The notes under the pieces were generated by a model, which worked only from the letters and a program-made list of their open reading frames with translations, ran no database searches and was not told where the DNA came from. 64,000 nucleotides of DNA from the NCBI RefSeq assembly GCF_039654945.1, contig NW_027361804.1:2976001-3040000 (forward strand). The letters are read 5' to 3'. The position numbers were made by a program, and so were the translations under genes. The stretch is from Dendrobates tinctorius (taxonomy: Eukaryota). Of the stretch, positions 13,101-25,595 are shown piece after piece. Position 1 is the stretch's first letter, and every line of letters begins with the position of its first letter.

Positions 13101-16100
13101 AAACTAATAATACCTCCATACAGCACCTATGTAATACCGCCACATGGTAAACTAATAATACCACCATACAGCACCCATGTATTACCGCCACATGGTATAC
13201 TAATAATACCCTCATACAGCACCTATGTAATACCGTCACATGGTGTACTAATAATACCGTCACATGGTATACTAATAATGCCTCCATACAGCATCTATGT
13301 AATACCGCCACATGGTAAACTAATAATACCTCCATACAGCATCTATGTAATACCGCCACATGGTAAACTAATAATACCACCATACAGCACCCATGTAATA
13401 CCGCCACATGATATACTAATAATACCCTCAAACAGCACCTATGTAATACCGTCACATGGTAAACTAATACCACCATACAGCACCTATGTAATACCGTCAC
13501 ATGGTAAACTAATACCACCATACAGCACCCATGTAATACCGCCACATGATATACTAATAATACCGCCATACAGCACCTATGTAATACCGTCACATGGTAA
13601 ACTAATACCACCATACAGCACCCATGTAATACCGCCACATGATATACTAATAATACCACCATACAGCACCTATGTAATACCGTCACATGGTAAACTAATA
13701 CCACCATACAGCACCCATGTAATACCGCCACATGATATACTAATAATACCGCCATACAGCACCTATGTAATACCGTCACATGGTAAACTAATACCACCAT
13801 ACAGCACCTATGTAATACCGTCACATGGTATACTAATAATACCGTCACATGGTAAACTAATACCACCATACAGCACCTATGTAATGCCGTCACATGGTAA
13901 ACTAATACCACCATACAGCACCTATGTAATACCGTCACATGGTATACTAATAATACCGTCACATGGTAAACTAATACCACCATACAGCACCTATGTAATG
14001 CCGTCACGTGGTAAACTAATAATACCTCCATACAGCACCTATGTAATGCCGTCACGTGGTAAACTAATAATACCTCCATACAGCACCTATGTAATACCGC
14101 CACCATGTGATATTAATGTGGCAGATCATGGGTTCAGGCTCATTGTGGCAGATGGTCGGGGGTCTCACATGGATTCTTATCCATGCACACAGGCGCGGTC
14201 CGTCACCCTCTCGTCTATGCCGGGGACGCAGAGCAGGGAATTGTGGGAGCGGAGGTATAACCATGCGCTGTGCCTGATGGGGGGGTAGTCCGCGGACACG
14301 TGTGTGATGGCCGCTTCTCCTGCAGGTATTCCATATCCGCCTTCTCGCAGCTGCAGAGGATGGGGATCGGACATCCGAGGCCGGCGCCGTTCATTGGGAA
14401 TGTGCTGCTGTTCCAGAAGGTAGGATGATGGGAGTTGTGGTCACTTGGTGCGTCTTTCATCCGTCGCCGTGATTGGTAATTTTACTTTCATTTTCAGGGA
14501 TTCTGGGAAGGAGCCAATCAAATCCTGAAGACGTACGGGCCGATCTCGGGGTAACTGAGTCTACTCTAGTCACACCCAAAGCTGCATGTAAACGTTTGTC
14601 TGTCCGTCACCTCCTGCTGGGAGGCATTGTGGGAGATGTAGTGTTTCCAGCTGGCGGTACATCTCCCATGATGCCCGGCGTTACATCATGCACAGGTATT
14701 ACATGGGCCGCCGTCCGATGGTTCTTCTGTCTGATCCGGAGGCCGTGAAGCAGGTTCTTCAGAAAGACTTCTCAAACTTTACCAACAGGCTGGTAAGTTC
14801 TCCGCTTGCTTTCAGTGAATGAGGCTGAAAATGAGTCTGGACCTTGTTCTGCTTTCACAGCTGAGGGTTTGCTCCAGTTGCACCCAGTGCTGGCGAGGCG
14901 CCGCTAATCATTCGCTCTTATACCTGCAGAAAATGAACCTGGTGACCAAGCCGATGAGCGACAGCCTCCTGTGCCTCCGTGACCAGCAATGGAAGCGCGT
15001 GCGCAGCGTCCTGACCCCGTCCTTCAGTGCGGCACGTATGAAGGAGGTGAGTCCAATGCTGAGGGCCCATGGCGCAGCCTGGAAGGCTGGGGGGAGGCTA
15101 TGGCAAAGCTGAGCTCTACGGTTACTGTTAGAAATTCAGACAGGTTTAGGACTAAGGTTAGAGTTCCGGGTATGGTTAGGCTTAGCGCTAGGGTTAGAGT
15201 TATGGGTATGGTTAGGCTTAGTGACAGGGTTAGAGTTCCGGGTAAGGTTGGGTTTAGTGATAGGGTTAGAGTTATGGGTATGGTTAGGGTTAGAGTTATG
15301 GATAGGGTTAAGCTCAGTGGTTAGAGTTATGGGTATGGTTAGGCTTAGTGCTAGGGTTAGAATTATGGGTATTGTCATGATCCCGCCGCTGACACCGGTA
15401 TGTCACGGACGGGGGGGATGCGACGCACTGCCAACACACGGCTATCACAGGCACACTGGGGGCTTATCTTAGTTATCCCACCGCTGGCACCATGTGATAA
15501 AAACAGCAAGCTAGTCTTGCCTTAACAGTTTATCACAGGTGGGAGTTATTTTGGATGCCCCACCTCTGCTAACAATCTTCCATGAACTGCAGGGATTTAT
15601 GTATATCCCACTTTTCAGTTCCACTTTGGAACTCGCAGCTCTCCGCCGCCCCCCTTATCCTCAGGTCAGTTAGGGAAGTACACCTGGGATAATTGGTCGC
15701 CGGTCAGCTGCCTCAATGAGGTCTGGCCACCCGGCACGTTGCAGTGAGGGAATTATAAAATGCTCTGGCCGCAGCCACTCAATTAGCTTATAAAATCCCT
15801 TTCCGTCTCAGCCAGCAGTACCCAGGGCCCAGACCACACATCGCCGCTACCAGCTCCTGATTTCTCTGATTTAAGTTATAAACTTAATAGAGGGGTTCGA
15901 AGCCAACCCCATCGGTAGCATAATTATCTTAAAGGCACGTAAAATTCGTCTTAGAGCATGAAGACAGACTAATAAAGTTATAATTTATTCCCCAAAAGGG
16001 GGCAGTGATTAGAGAGATAAAAGATCTTGCAAAGTTGAGACATTAGATATGTACAATGCAAATATAAAATAAACGGGATGAAAATAGAGGTTAACACGGT

Positions 16101-19100
16101 CTTAGGCTAACCATGTGGGGAGGAGGCGGAGCCAAATGTCTCCACTCATCTGAGGACCTCTTGGCCTGAGATCTCTTAGCTGGAATGACTAATTTTTGGG
16201 AGGGAATACTTTTATCCCTTTGGGTATGTGACGACATCACCAGAGGGGCGGTCTTGGGAAGGTCCTCTCCCTGCTCTTGGAGTTACAATCTGACTACTAA
16301 ACTTATTATAACTATATCTCGCAGAGGGTACCTCGTATAAACACGCACATGGTATCATTCTCTTTAGCCTGTCGAAGGGCATAATTCAGAACCAAACATG
16401 CAGTAATTATATCACACCGTTTAGGAGAAATCCATTTCTCAGATTCCGTTGGGGTTAGAACTTCGCAAGAACCACCGTAGGGAAGCCCAATTGGCGCACA
16501 TCGCAGAAATATCCGTTTCATTTTTCTGTCGCGAACGAGGTGCGCGCTATGGCTTCTTTTAATATTTCCCATACCTGAATTCGCCGCATGGCAAGGACAA
16601 GGACATTCTTTCCACTTAGCTTAATTAACGTTCCTTAGCTGTGGAGAGGGGAATGTTTGCATAGGAAGTGTCTGGTGTTGGGTTACAAACAGGCACAGAG
16701 CTGTGGGGGAAGAAGACGGGGGCCGCAGCTATGTGACAGGCAAATTCTCATCTGTAGTTTAGAGAATGGAAGATTCTGGAATGTTCCAGAGAAGTCATAT
16801 CTTACAGTATCATTACAGGTATGGTTAGGCTTAGTGGTATGGATAGAGTTATAAGTATGGTTAGGCTTAGATAGGGCTAGGGTTAAATTTATGGCTAGGT
16901 TTAAGATTTGCTTTAGGCAAACTGATAGATCCTAGCGCTAAGCCTAACCCCAAAGCCCTGAGTTAGGTTTACGTCTAGGGTTAGAGTTATGGTTAGTGCT
17001 ATGGTTAGGGCTAGGTTTATGATTTGGGTTAGGCTTGCAGCTATGATTAAAGCTAGCGTTCGGACTAGAGTTAGACTTGGTGCTGGGGTTAGTATTAGGA
17101 GTTGGGTTAAGCTTAGCATTAGGGCTCTGGTAGAATTTAATTTAGGCTTAAGGGTAGGGCTTTAGATAGGATGTGGGTTAGGTTGTGGGACAGGGTAATA
17201 ACTAGGATCTGTGTTAGGTTTATGGCTAGGCTTACAGTTATACTTAGTGCTAAGGATAGGACTAGTTTTAGAAGTAGGATAGGATTTTAGTTAGGCTTAG
17301 TGCTAAGGTTAGAGCTAGTGTTAGAACTAGAGGTAGTCTTAGTGTTAGGAATAGGGCTAGAGTTAGAATTACAGCTAGTATAAGGACTGCGATCATATAA
17401 TTGGTTACCACTAAGCCTAATCATATCCAGAACTCTAACCCTACCACTATAAAAAAAATAAAAAAAGGAATAACAAATAACAGTTAGAACTTTTTACTTT
17501 TAAAAGTTCAGCAAAAAGCAGAAATAACCCAGAACAAACTGAGCCGTGAGATCTTTCTGGCAGTCAGTGCGGGGGGCCGATGCCGGACTGGTCACCTCTC
17601 ATCCTGGGTGCGGGGGGGGGGGTGATGCCGGACTGGTCTCCCCTTGTCCTGGGTGCGGGGGTTGATGCCGGACTGGTCTCCCCTTGTCCTGGGTGTGGGG
17701 GGTTGATGCCGGACTGGTCTCCTCTCGTCCTGGGTGCGGGGGGCCGATGCCGGACTGGTCTCCTCTCGTCCTGGGTGCGGGGGTTGATGCCGGACTGGTC
17801 TCCTCTCGTCCTGGGTGCGGGGGGCCGATGCCGGAATGGTCTCCTCTCGTCCTGGGTGCGGGGGGCCGATGCTGGACTGGTCTCCTCTCGTCCTGGGTGC
17901 GGGGGGCAGATGCCGGACTGGTCTCCTCTCGTCCTGGGTGCGGGGGGGCCGATGCCGGACTGGTCTCCTCTCGTCCTGGGTGCGGGGGGGCCGATGCCGG
18001 ACTGGTCTCCTCTCGTCCTGGGTGCGGGGGGCCGATGCCGGACTGGTCTCCTCTCGTCCTGGGTGCGGGGGGCCGATGCCGGACTGGTCTCCTCTCGTCC
18101 TGGGTGCGGGGGGCCGATGCCGGACTGGTCTCCTCTCGTCCTGGGTGGTGGGTGTTGATGCCGGACTGGTCTCCTCTCGTCCTGGGTGGTGGGTGTTGAT
18201 GCCGGACTGGTCTCCTCTCGTCCTGGGTGTTGATGCCGGACTGGTCTCCCCTTGTCCTGGGTGCGGGGGTTGATGCCGGACTGGTCTCCTCTCGTCCTGG
18301 GTGTGGGGGGTTGATGCCGGACTGGTCTCCTCTCGTCCTGGGTGCGGGGGGCCGATGCCGGACTGGTCTCCTCTCGTCCTGGGTGCGGGGGTTGATGCCG
18401 GACTGGTCTCCTCTCGTCCTGGGTGCGGGGGGCCGATGCCGGACTGGTCTCCTCTCGTCCTGGGTGCGGGCGTTGATGCCGGACTGGTCTCCTCTCGTCC
18501 TGGGTGCGGGGGGCCGATGCCGGAATGGTCTCCTCTCGTCCTGGGTGCGGGGGGCCGATGCCGGACTGGTCTCCCCTTGTCCTGGGTGCGGGGGCTGATG
18601 CCGGACTGGTCTCCCCTTGTCCTGGGTGTGGGGGGTTGATGCCGGACTGGTCTCTTCTCGTCCTGGGTGCGGGGGGCCGATGCCGGACTGGTCTCCTCTC
18701 GTCCTGGGTGCGGGGGGCCGATGCCGGACTGGTCTCCTCTCGTCCTGGGTGCGGGGGGCCGATGCCGGACTGGTCTCCTCTCGTCCTGGGTGCGGGGGGC
18801 CGATGCCGGACTGGTCTCCTCTCGTCCTGGGTGCGGGGGGCCGATGCCGGACTGGTCTCCTCTCGTCCTGGGTGCGGGGGGCCGATGCCGGACTGGTCTC
18901 CTCTCGTCCTGGGTGCGGGGGGCCGATGCCGGACTGGTCTCCTCTCGTCCTGGGTGCGGGGGGCCGATGCCGGACTGGTCTCCTCTCGTCCTGGGTGCGG
19001 GGGGCCGATGCCGGACTGGTCTCCTCTCGTCCTGGGTGCGGGGGGCCGATGCCGGACTGGTCTCCTCTCGTCCTGGGTGCGGGGGGCCGATGCCGGACTG

Positions 19101-22100
19101 GTCTCCTCTCGTCCTGGGTGCGGGGGGCCGATGCCGGACTGGTCTCCTCTCGTCCTGGGTGGTGGGTGTTGATGCCGGACTGGTCTCCTCTCGTCCTGGG
19201 TGGTGGGTGTTGATGCCGGACTGGTCTCCTCTCGTCCTGGGTGTTGATGCCGGACTGGTTTCCTCTCGTTTTGGGTGCGGGGGGCCGATGCCGGACTGGT
19301 CTCCTCTCGTCCTGGGTGCTGATGCCGGACTGGTCTCCTCTCGTCCTGGGTGGTGGGTGTTGATGCCGGACTGGTCTCCTCTCGTCCTGGGTGTTGATGC
19401 CGGACTGGTCTCCTCTCATCCTGGGTGCGGGGGGCCGATGCCGGACTGGTCTCCTCTCGTCCTGGGTGCTGATGCCGGACTGGTCTCTTCTCGTCCTGGG
19501 TGCGGTGGCCGGTCACAGGTCTGCACGGCCCCTGCGCAGTGATGGTGACCCCAGCTGACCACCTGCCACAGTGTCTTGACTTGTCAGGTCCCCTCTCCCT
19601 TCCCGCCGCCCCCATTTCTTCCGCTGTCTTCCAGATGTGCCCCCTCATACACCAGGGATGTGACGTGCTGCTCAGTAACCTGCGGACTTTTGCAGTCTCG
19701 GGAGAATCCTGTAACGTCCAAAGGTAACGAAAAACCCACCACAACCCCTGGCTGATAGCAGAGAGCAGCAGCGAGCACTTTGGTGACCGTCCTCCGCGGT
19801 TTCTCGCCTCCTCAGATGTTACGCGTGTTACACCATGGACATCGTCGCCAGCGTGGCGTTCGGCACCAACGTGGATTCCCAGAAAGATCCGGATCACCCG
19901 ATGGTGGAGAACAGCAAGAAGTTCCTGGAACTGTTCACCCCACTGAAGCCCCTCGTCCTGCTGACGTGTAAGGGGGAGGGGCGGCCGTGGTGATGGGTGT
20001 GGCAGGGCCTCCAATCAGAAGAGAGGAGATGCAGTATGGGTTAATTAATGAGCAGGAAGCTCATTAATATGCATGAGGACTCATTATTATTCAATTAGGC
20101 TCATTAATATGAAGCAGGAATCATTAATATATGGAAGGGTTAATATAAGGAAGATCATTTTAATATGAAGGGGGCTCATTGATATCCCAGTAATCTTATT
20201 AATATTCTAGTGGGCTTATAATAAAATGTTAACAAGCTCATTAATATTCAGTAGGGTTCTTTACAATGTGGGCGGGGTTATGAAAATTCCTGCCTTATTA
20301 ATATGCAGGAGGTCATTAATATTCAGGTGGGCTCACAATAATGTGTTAACAAGCTCATTAATATTCAGGGAGCTCATTAATTGTCAGATGGGATCAATAA
20401 CGTGTTGGAAGGATAATCAGTATTCTTTGGGTCCAGTAATATTCCATAGAGCTCATTAATATTCAGGACTAATTAATATTCAGCAGGGCTCATTCATATT
20501 CAGGACTAATTAATATTCAGCAGGGCTCATTAATATGTGATAGCGCTCATTAATATTCAGTATAGCTCATTAATAATCAGTTGCGCTAATTTTATTCAGC
20601 TGGGCTCATTAATATTCAGTATAGCTCATTAATATTCAGTATAGCTCATTAATATTCAGTGGGGTCATTAATATTCAACAGGGCTCATTAATATTCAGTA
20701 TAGCTCATTATTATTTAGCAGGGCTCATTAATATTCAGTAGAGGTCATTATTATTCATCAGGACTCATTAATATTCAGGATGGTGGCTCTCGGCCATATT
20801 TAGTGGCAGATCTGTCTCTCAGGACTCCCGGAGAGCGGGGTGACCTCCTGGTGGACGGTCGCCACCTTACTTATCTCTTCCTTTCCCACCAGTGGCGTTT
20901 CCATCCATCATGGTCCCCATCGCTCGCCGCCTTCCCAATAGGAACCGCGACAAGATAAACGACTTCTTCCGCAAGGTCATGAAGGACATGATGGAGCAGC
21001 GCGACCAGCAGCCGGCCGGCGAGGTACACGGCGTCTCACGCCTTTGCCGCTCGCAGCATCCTCCTCCCATTCTGGGTTAATCGTGTGTTTTGCCGCAGCG
21101 ACGCCGGGATTTCCTGCAGCTCCTGCTGGACGCCAGGACGACGGCCGCCGACATCTCCGTGGAGCATTTCGATATTGTGAACCAGGCGGATCTGGCGGCC
21201 CCTGTAAAGGAAGAGCCTAGAAAGAAGACCACCAAGACCCTGAGTGAGGACGAGATCCTGGGCCAAGCCTTCATCTTCCTCATCGCCGGCTACGAGACCA
21301 CCAGCAGCCTCCTGGCATTCACCACCTACCTGCTGGCCACTCACCCCGAGAGCCAGGAGCGGCTACTGAGGGAAGTGGACGAGTTCTCGGAGAACCACGT
21401 GAGTGACTCGGGGGGAGGCGGACGAGGGGTTGGACCCCGATCCCCGCAGAGGGGGCAGGATGTAATGAGGGCAAATGTCTCTCATCGTAGGACGACGCTG
21501 ACTACAACACGGTGCACGATCTGCCCTACATGGACCTGGTGATCGCCGAGTCCCTGCGGATGTATCCCCCCGCGTTCCGGTGCGTGCCCGCCTGTAGCTT
21601 CATGTGCATTGCTCCACTCACATCCGGAGCTGCGCTCGTCCTATTTCCATCATCATCATTGTAGTCGCGGCCAAAAGGTTTCAGACGACACAAGTTATGG
21701 ATTTCACAATCTGTAGCTTCAGTGGTTTTTTTCCTTTAGTCAGATGTTTCTATGGTTACCAACCCAAAAATTGTGAGTGACCCCTTCCATGGATGAGAAG
21801 CCCCCGCACATTGTGAGTGACCCCCTCCATGGAAGAGAAGCCCCCGCACATTGTGAGTGATCCCCCTCCATGGATCAGAAGCCTCCACACATTCTGAGTG
21901 ACCCCCTCCATGGGCGAGAAGCCCCCGCTCATTGTGAGTGACCCCCTCCATGGGCGAGAAGCCCCCGCTCATTGTGAGTGACCCCCTCCATGGGCGAGAA
22001 GCCCCCGCTCATTGTGAGTGACCCCTCCATGGATGAGAAGCCCCCGCTCATTGTGAGTGACCCCCTCCATGGACGAGAAGCCCCCGAACATTGTGAATGA

Positions 22101-25100
22101 TCCCCTCTATGGACGAGAAGCCCCCACACATTGTGAGTGATCCTCTCCATGGACGAGAAGCCCCCACACATTGTGAGTGATCCCCTCCATGGACGAGAAG
22201 CCCCCGCTCATTGTGAGTGATCCCCTCCATGGACGAGAAGCCCCCGCACATTGTGAGTGACCCCCTCCATGGACGAGAAGCCCCCACACATTGTGAGTGA
22301 TCCCCTCCATGGATGAGAAGACCTCCGCACATTGTGAATGATCCCCCTCCATGGATGAGAAGCCCTCCGCACATTGTGAATGATCCCCCTCCATGGATGA
22401 GAAGCCCCCACACATTGTGAATGATCCCCTCCATGGATGAGAAGACCTCCGCACATTGTGAGTGACCCACTCCATGGATGAGAAGCCCCCACACATTGTG
22501 AGTGATCCCCTCCATGGATGAGAAGACCTCCGCACATTGTGAGTGATCCCCTCCATGGATGAGAAGACCTCCGCACATTGTGAGTGATCCCCTCCATGGA
22601 TGAGAAGACCTCCGCACATTGTGAGTGATCCCCTCCATGGATGAGAAGACCTCCGCACATTGTGAGTGATCCCTTCCATGGATGAGAAGACCTCCGCACA
22701 TTGTGAGTGATCCCCTCCATGGATGAGAAGCCCCCGCTCATTGTGAGTGATCCCCTCCATGGATGAGAAGCCTCCACACATTGTGAGTGACCCCCTCCAT
22801 GGATGAGAAGCCCCCACACATTGTGAGTGATCCCCTCCATGGATGAGAAGACCTCCGCACATTGTGAGTGATCCCCTCCATGGATGAGAAGACCTCCGCA
22901 CATTGTGAGTGATCCCCTCCATGGATGAGAAGCCTCCACACATTGTGAGTGACCCCCTCCATGGATGAGAAGCCCCCACACATTGTGAGTGATCCCCTCC
23001 ATGGATGAGAAGACCTCCGCACATTGTGAGTGATCCCCTCCATGGATGAGAAGACCTCCGCACATTGTGAGTGATCCCCTCCATGGATGAGAAGACCTCC
23101 GCACATTGTGAGTGATCCCCTCCATGGATGAGAAGACCTCCGCACATTGTGAGTGATCCCCTCCATGGATGAGAAGCCCCCGCTCATTGTGAGTGATCCC
23201 CTCCATGGATGAGAAGCCCCCGCACATTGTGAGTGACCCCCTCCATGGATGAGAAGCCCCCGCTCATTGTGAGTGACCCCCTCCATGGATGAGAAGCCCC
23301 CGCTCATTGTGAGTGACCCCCTCCATGGATGAGGCCCCCGCACATTGTGAGTGATCCCCTCCATGGATGAGAAGCCCCCGCTCATTGTGAGTGATCCCCC
23401 TCCATGGATGAGAGGCCCCCCGCACATTGTGAGTGATCCCCTCCATGGATGAGAAGCCCCCGCACATTGTGAGTGACCCCCTCCATGGATGAGAAGCCCC
23501 CGCACATTGTGAGTGATCCCCTCCATGGATGAGAAGCCCCCGCACATTGTGAGTGATCCCCTCCATGGATGAGAAGACCTGGAGGGGGTCTCAGGAGGCT
23601 TTAATGTTGGCAGACACAAGACTGATGGCAGCGTCATCTTCACTTCTCCAATCATTCTTCTAAACATCTAGAACAGTGTGAGGGGCGTCATCCTCGAAAA
23701 TTACCCCCCCCTGCAGTCCAATCCCTGTACTTCATGCAGAATGTTCATCTGACCATAATGTTCTTCTTGAAGAGATGTGGCTTCTTTGCTGCCCTTCTTT
23801 ACACCAGCTCAACCTCCAATAGCCTTCCCCTCGCTGTGCTTGCAGATGCATGGACTCCTGCCTGCTGCCATTCCTGTGCAAGCTCTGCACTGATGGTGAA
23901 CCAATCCTGTAGTTAAATCCTCTTTAGGAGACGGTCCTGACACTCACTGGACTTTCTTGTGTGCCCTGTAGCGTTTTCACAGCAACTGGACCTCTCTTCT
24001 TTAGATTCTTGATGACCCAATAAATGGTCGATTTAGGGGCAATCATACAAGCAGCAATGTCCTTGCCTGTAAAGCCCTATGGATGCAAAGCAATGGTGAT
24101 TGCATGTGTTTCCTTGCAGGTAGTTATTGATAACAGAAGAAATGATATCCGCTGCCTTGTCCTCGATAACACTTTCTCCTGAGCGAACGAGGAGATCACT
24201 GAGATGTCAGGTCACTTTGTGGCAGAGCAGAAATTCAGTGCAAATAGGGTTTATGTGATAAAGTTTATTGTCGTGGCAAGGAAAGACTTTGTAATATCTT
24301 ATATCTTTATAACAATCTGGAGTTCATTACTAAAACTGAAGCAGCAAAGTTTGTGAAAAACAAAATTTACATCAGTCTCAAAAGTTTTGGCCACGACTTT
24401 ATACTACTCCAGAGCTGCGTTCACAAGTTATCTGCTACCTCATATTAATCACTCTTCATACTTCCAGAGCAGCATTCACAACAGTTGCTGCTTTATATCT
24501 TGCACATCCAGAGCTGCGCTCTCAATTTCTACATTGCACCCAGAACGATCTTTACTTGCAGTTTGTTGGGAATGTGATGCAGTGGACGATGGGGAACGTA
24601 GTACCTGCTCAGTAGAAAGGCAGACCGGGAAACAAGACACAAAGGCATGGCCAAGAGATTAGCAGAATAGTGAATGCAGCTCTGGGTGTGATGCATCTAT
24701 AGTGTATGGTGCCCGTTTGCCTCTAGGTTTGCCCGGGAAGCGGCTGCTGATTGCACAGTGATGGGGTGTAAGATCCCGGCCGGGACGGTGCTGGAGATTC
24801 CTATTGGCTGCATGCAGAATGACCCCCGGTACTGGGAAGAGCCTGAGCGCTTCAGACCCGAGAGGTAACGATATGACGCTATGTGCACAGTATGGCGGAT
24901 CAGCATAGTGCCGTTAATCAGGATCTTCCCGCAGATTCACGGCTGAGGAGAAGCAGAAGCGTCACCCCTTCCTCTACCTGCCGTTTGGAGCCGGACCCCG
25001 CAGCTGCATCGGGATGCGACTCGCCATCTTGGAAGCCAAAATCACCTTGTACCGGATCCTGCGGAAGTTTCGCTTTGAGACTTGTCCTCACACTCAGGTG

Positions 25101-25352
25101 AGGAAGAAAAAGCTGCGGATCCTTTTATATTCATGGTACAGACTGTAGTTCTGTGAGCATGCTGGGAGTTGTAGTGCTCCAGGGAGTGGAGACCATTGAT
25201 TCTGGAGGAGCAAAGATGATATGTGGGGGAGACAGAGGATGCGACTCAGAACTTAACCCTTTGTATCTTTTTTCCAGATTCCGCTACAGGTCACCGCAGT
25301 GTCCACCCTGAGGCCGAAGGATGGAGTGTATGTCAGAGTTGTAGCTCGCTAG
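10172..25352 (+). CDS. TBXAS1: Thromboxane-A synthase (cytochrome P450 CYP5A1), 13 coding exons, 526 aa
   Basis: Exons 10172-10254, 14326-14419, 14498-14550, 14696-14792, 14930-15046, 19635-19723, 19816-19967, 20893-21023, 21099-21398, 21491-21579, 24727-24864, 24935-25097, 25278-25352. All GT-AG, phases consistent, total 1581 nt. N-terminal anchor [48 protein letters not shown]-helix [14 protein letters not shown], ExxR (ESLR), PERF, heme motif [10 protein letters not shown]. Adjacent to PARP12 as in mammals. An acceptor at 10140 implies an upstream non-coding exon. Confidence 0.95.
11280..12450 (+). mobile_element. Decayed Penelope-like retroelement reverse-transcriptase remnant (TBXAS1 intron 1)
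   Basis: Frameshifted motifs [37 protein letters not shown]...KGQF resemble PLE RT motifs; boundaries approximate. Confidence 0.6.
12560..14105. repeat. Degenerate 45-48-bp minisatellite (AATACCGCCACATGGTATACTAATAATACCACCATACAGCACCTATGT)n
   Basis: Tandem repetition; the 483-aa ORF is its translation. Older decayed copies at about 10380-10800. Confidence 0.92.
15120..17400. repeat. Degenerate GGTTAG/TTAGGG-like hexamer tract, split by a solo LTR
   Basis: GGGTTAGAGTTATGGGTATGGTTAGG-type periodicity at 15120-15372 and 16818-17400. Confidence 0.75.
15373..16817. mobile_element. Solo LTR (1445 bp)
   Basis: TGTCATGAT...ATCATTACA inverted termini (TG..CA) flanked by a 5-bp target-site duplication GGTAT (15368-15372 / 16818-16822). 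Confidence 0.8.
17568..19505. repeat. 41-bp GC-rich minisatellite (GGGTGCGGGGGGCCGATGCCGGACTGGTCTCCTCTCGTCCT)n
   Basis: Direct tandem repetition in TBXAS1 intron 5. Confidence 0.96.
20040..20780. repeat. Degenerate AT-rich ~21-bp repeat (GCTCATTAATATTCAG core)
   Basis: Recurring core throughout TBXAS1 intron 7. Confidence 0.85.
21662..24399 (-). mobile_element. Defective Tc1/mariner transposon containing an internal minisatellite
   Basis: Imperfect TIRs AGTCGCGGCCAAAAGGTTTCAGAC (left) and GTCTCAAAAGTTTTGGCCACGACT (right). Minus-strand transposase remnants at about 23580-24100 ([43 protein letters not shown]). Confidence 0.8.
21770..23580. repeat. 40-41-bp minisatellite (ATTGTGAGTGATCCCCTCCATGGATGAGAAGCCCCCGCAC)n
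   Basis: Direct tandem repetition inside the Tc1 relic. Confidence 0.96.
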
Positions 25353-25437
25353 CGCCCCCGGTAGATGCCAACAGTGCACCAACCACCAGCCATATCCCGT
25401 ACTGGTGAAGTGTGTCAGGAACATTATATATGTCCAC

Positions 25438-25443
25438 AATAAA
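25438..25443 (+). terminator. TBXAS1 polyadenylation signal
   Basis: AATAAA about 85 nt after the TAG stop. Confidence 0.65.
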
Positions 25444-25595
25444 TGTTGACCCCCCCTAGTACCAATATGGCTTGCATGTTGAACCCCACGATAACCATAA
25501 ATTAACCTAACAAGATGCTGGGGTCCTCCTTACATTATCAGTGCCCAAATCCCTCCATATGAGCTCACAGTTACATGGTAGAGAATGTGTTAACC

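Noticed and set aside
15120-17400. Interstitial telomere or chromosome-fusion scar
   Set aside because: Too degenerate; no perfect (TTAGGG)n run or clear head-to-head junction.
10172-25352. CYP3A identity suggested by AGYETTSS
   Set aside because: The N-terminus, exon pattern, [17 protein letters not shown] context and PARP12 synteny match TBXAS1.
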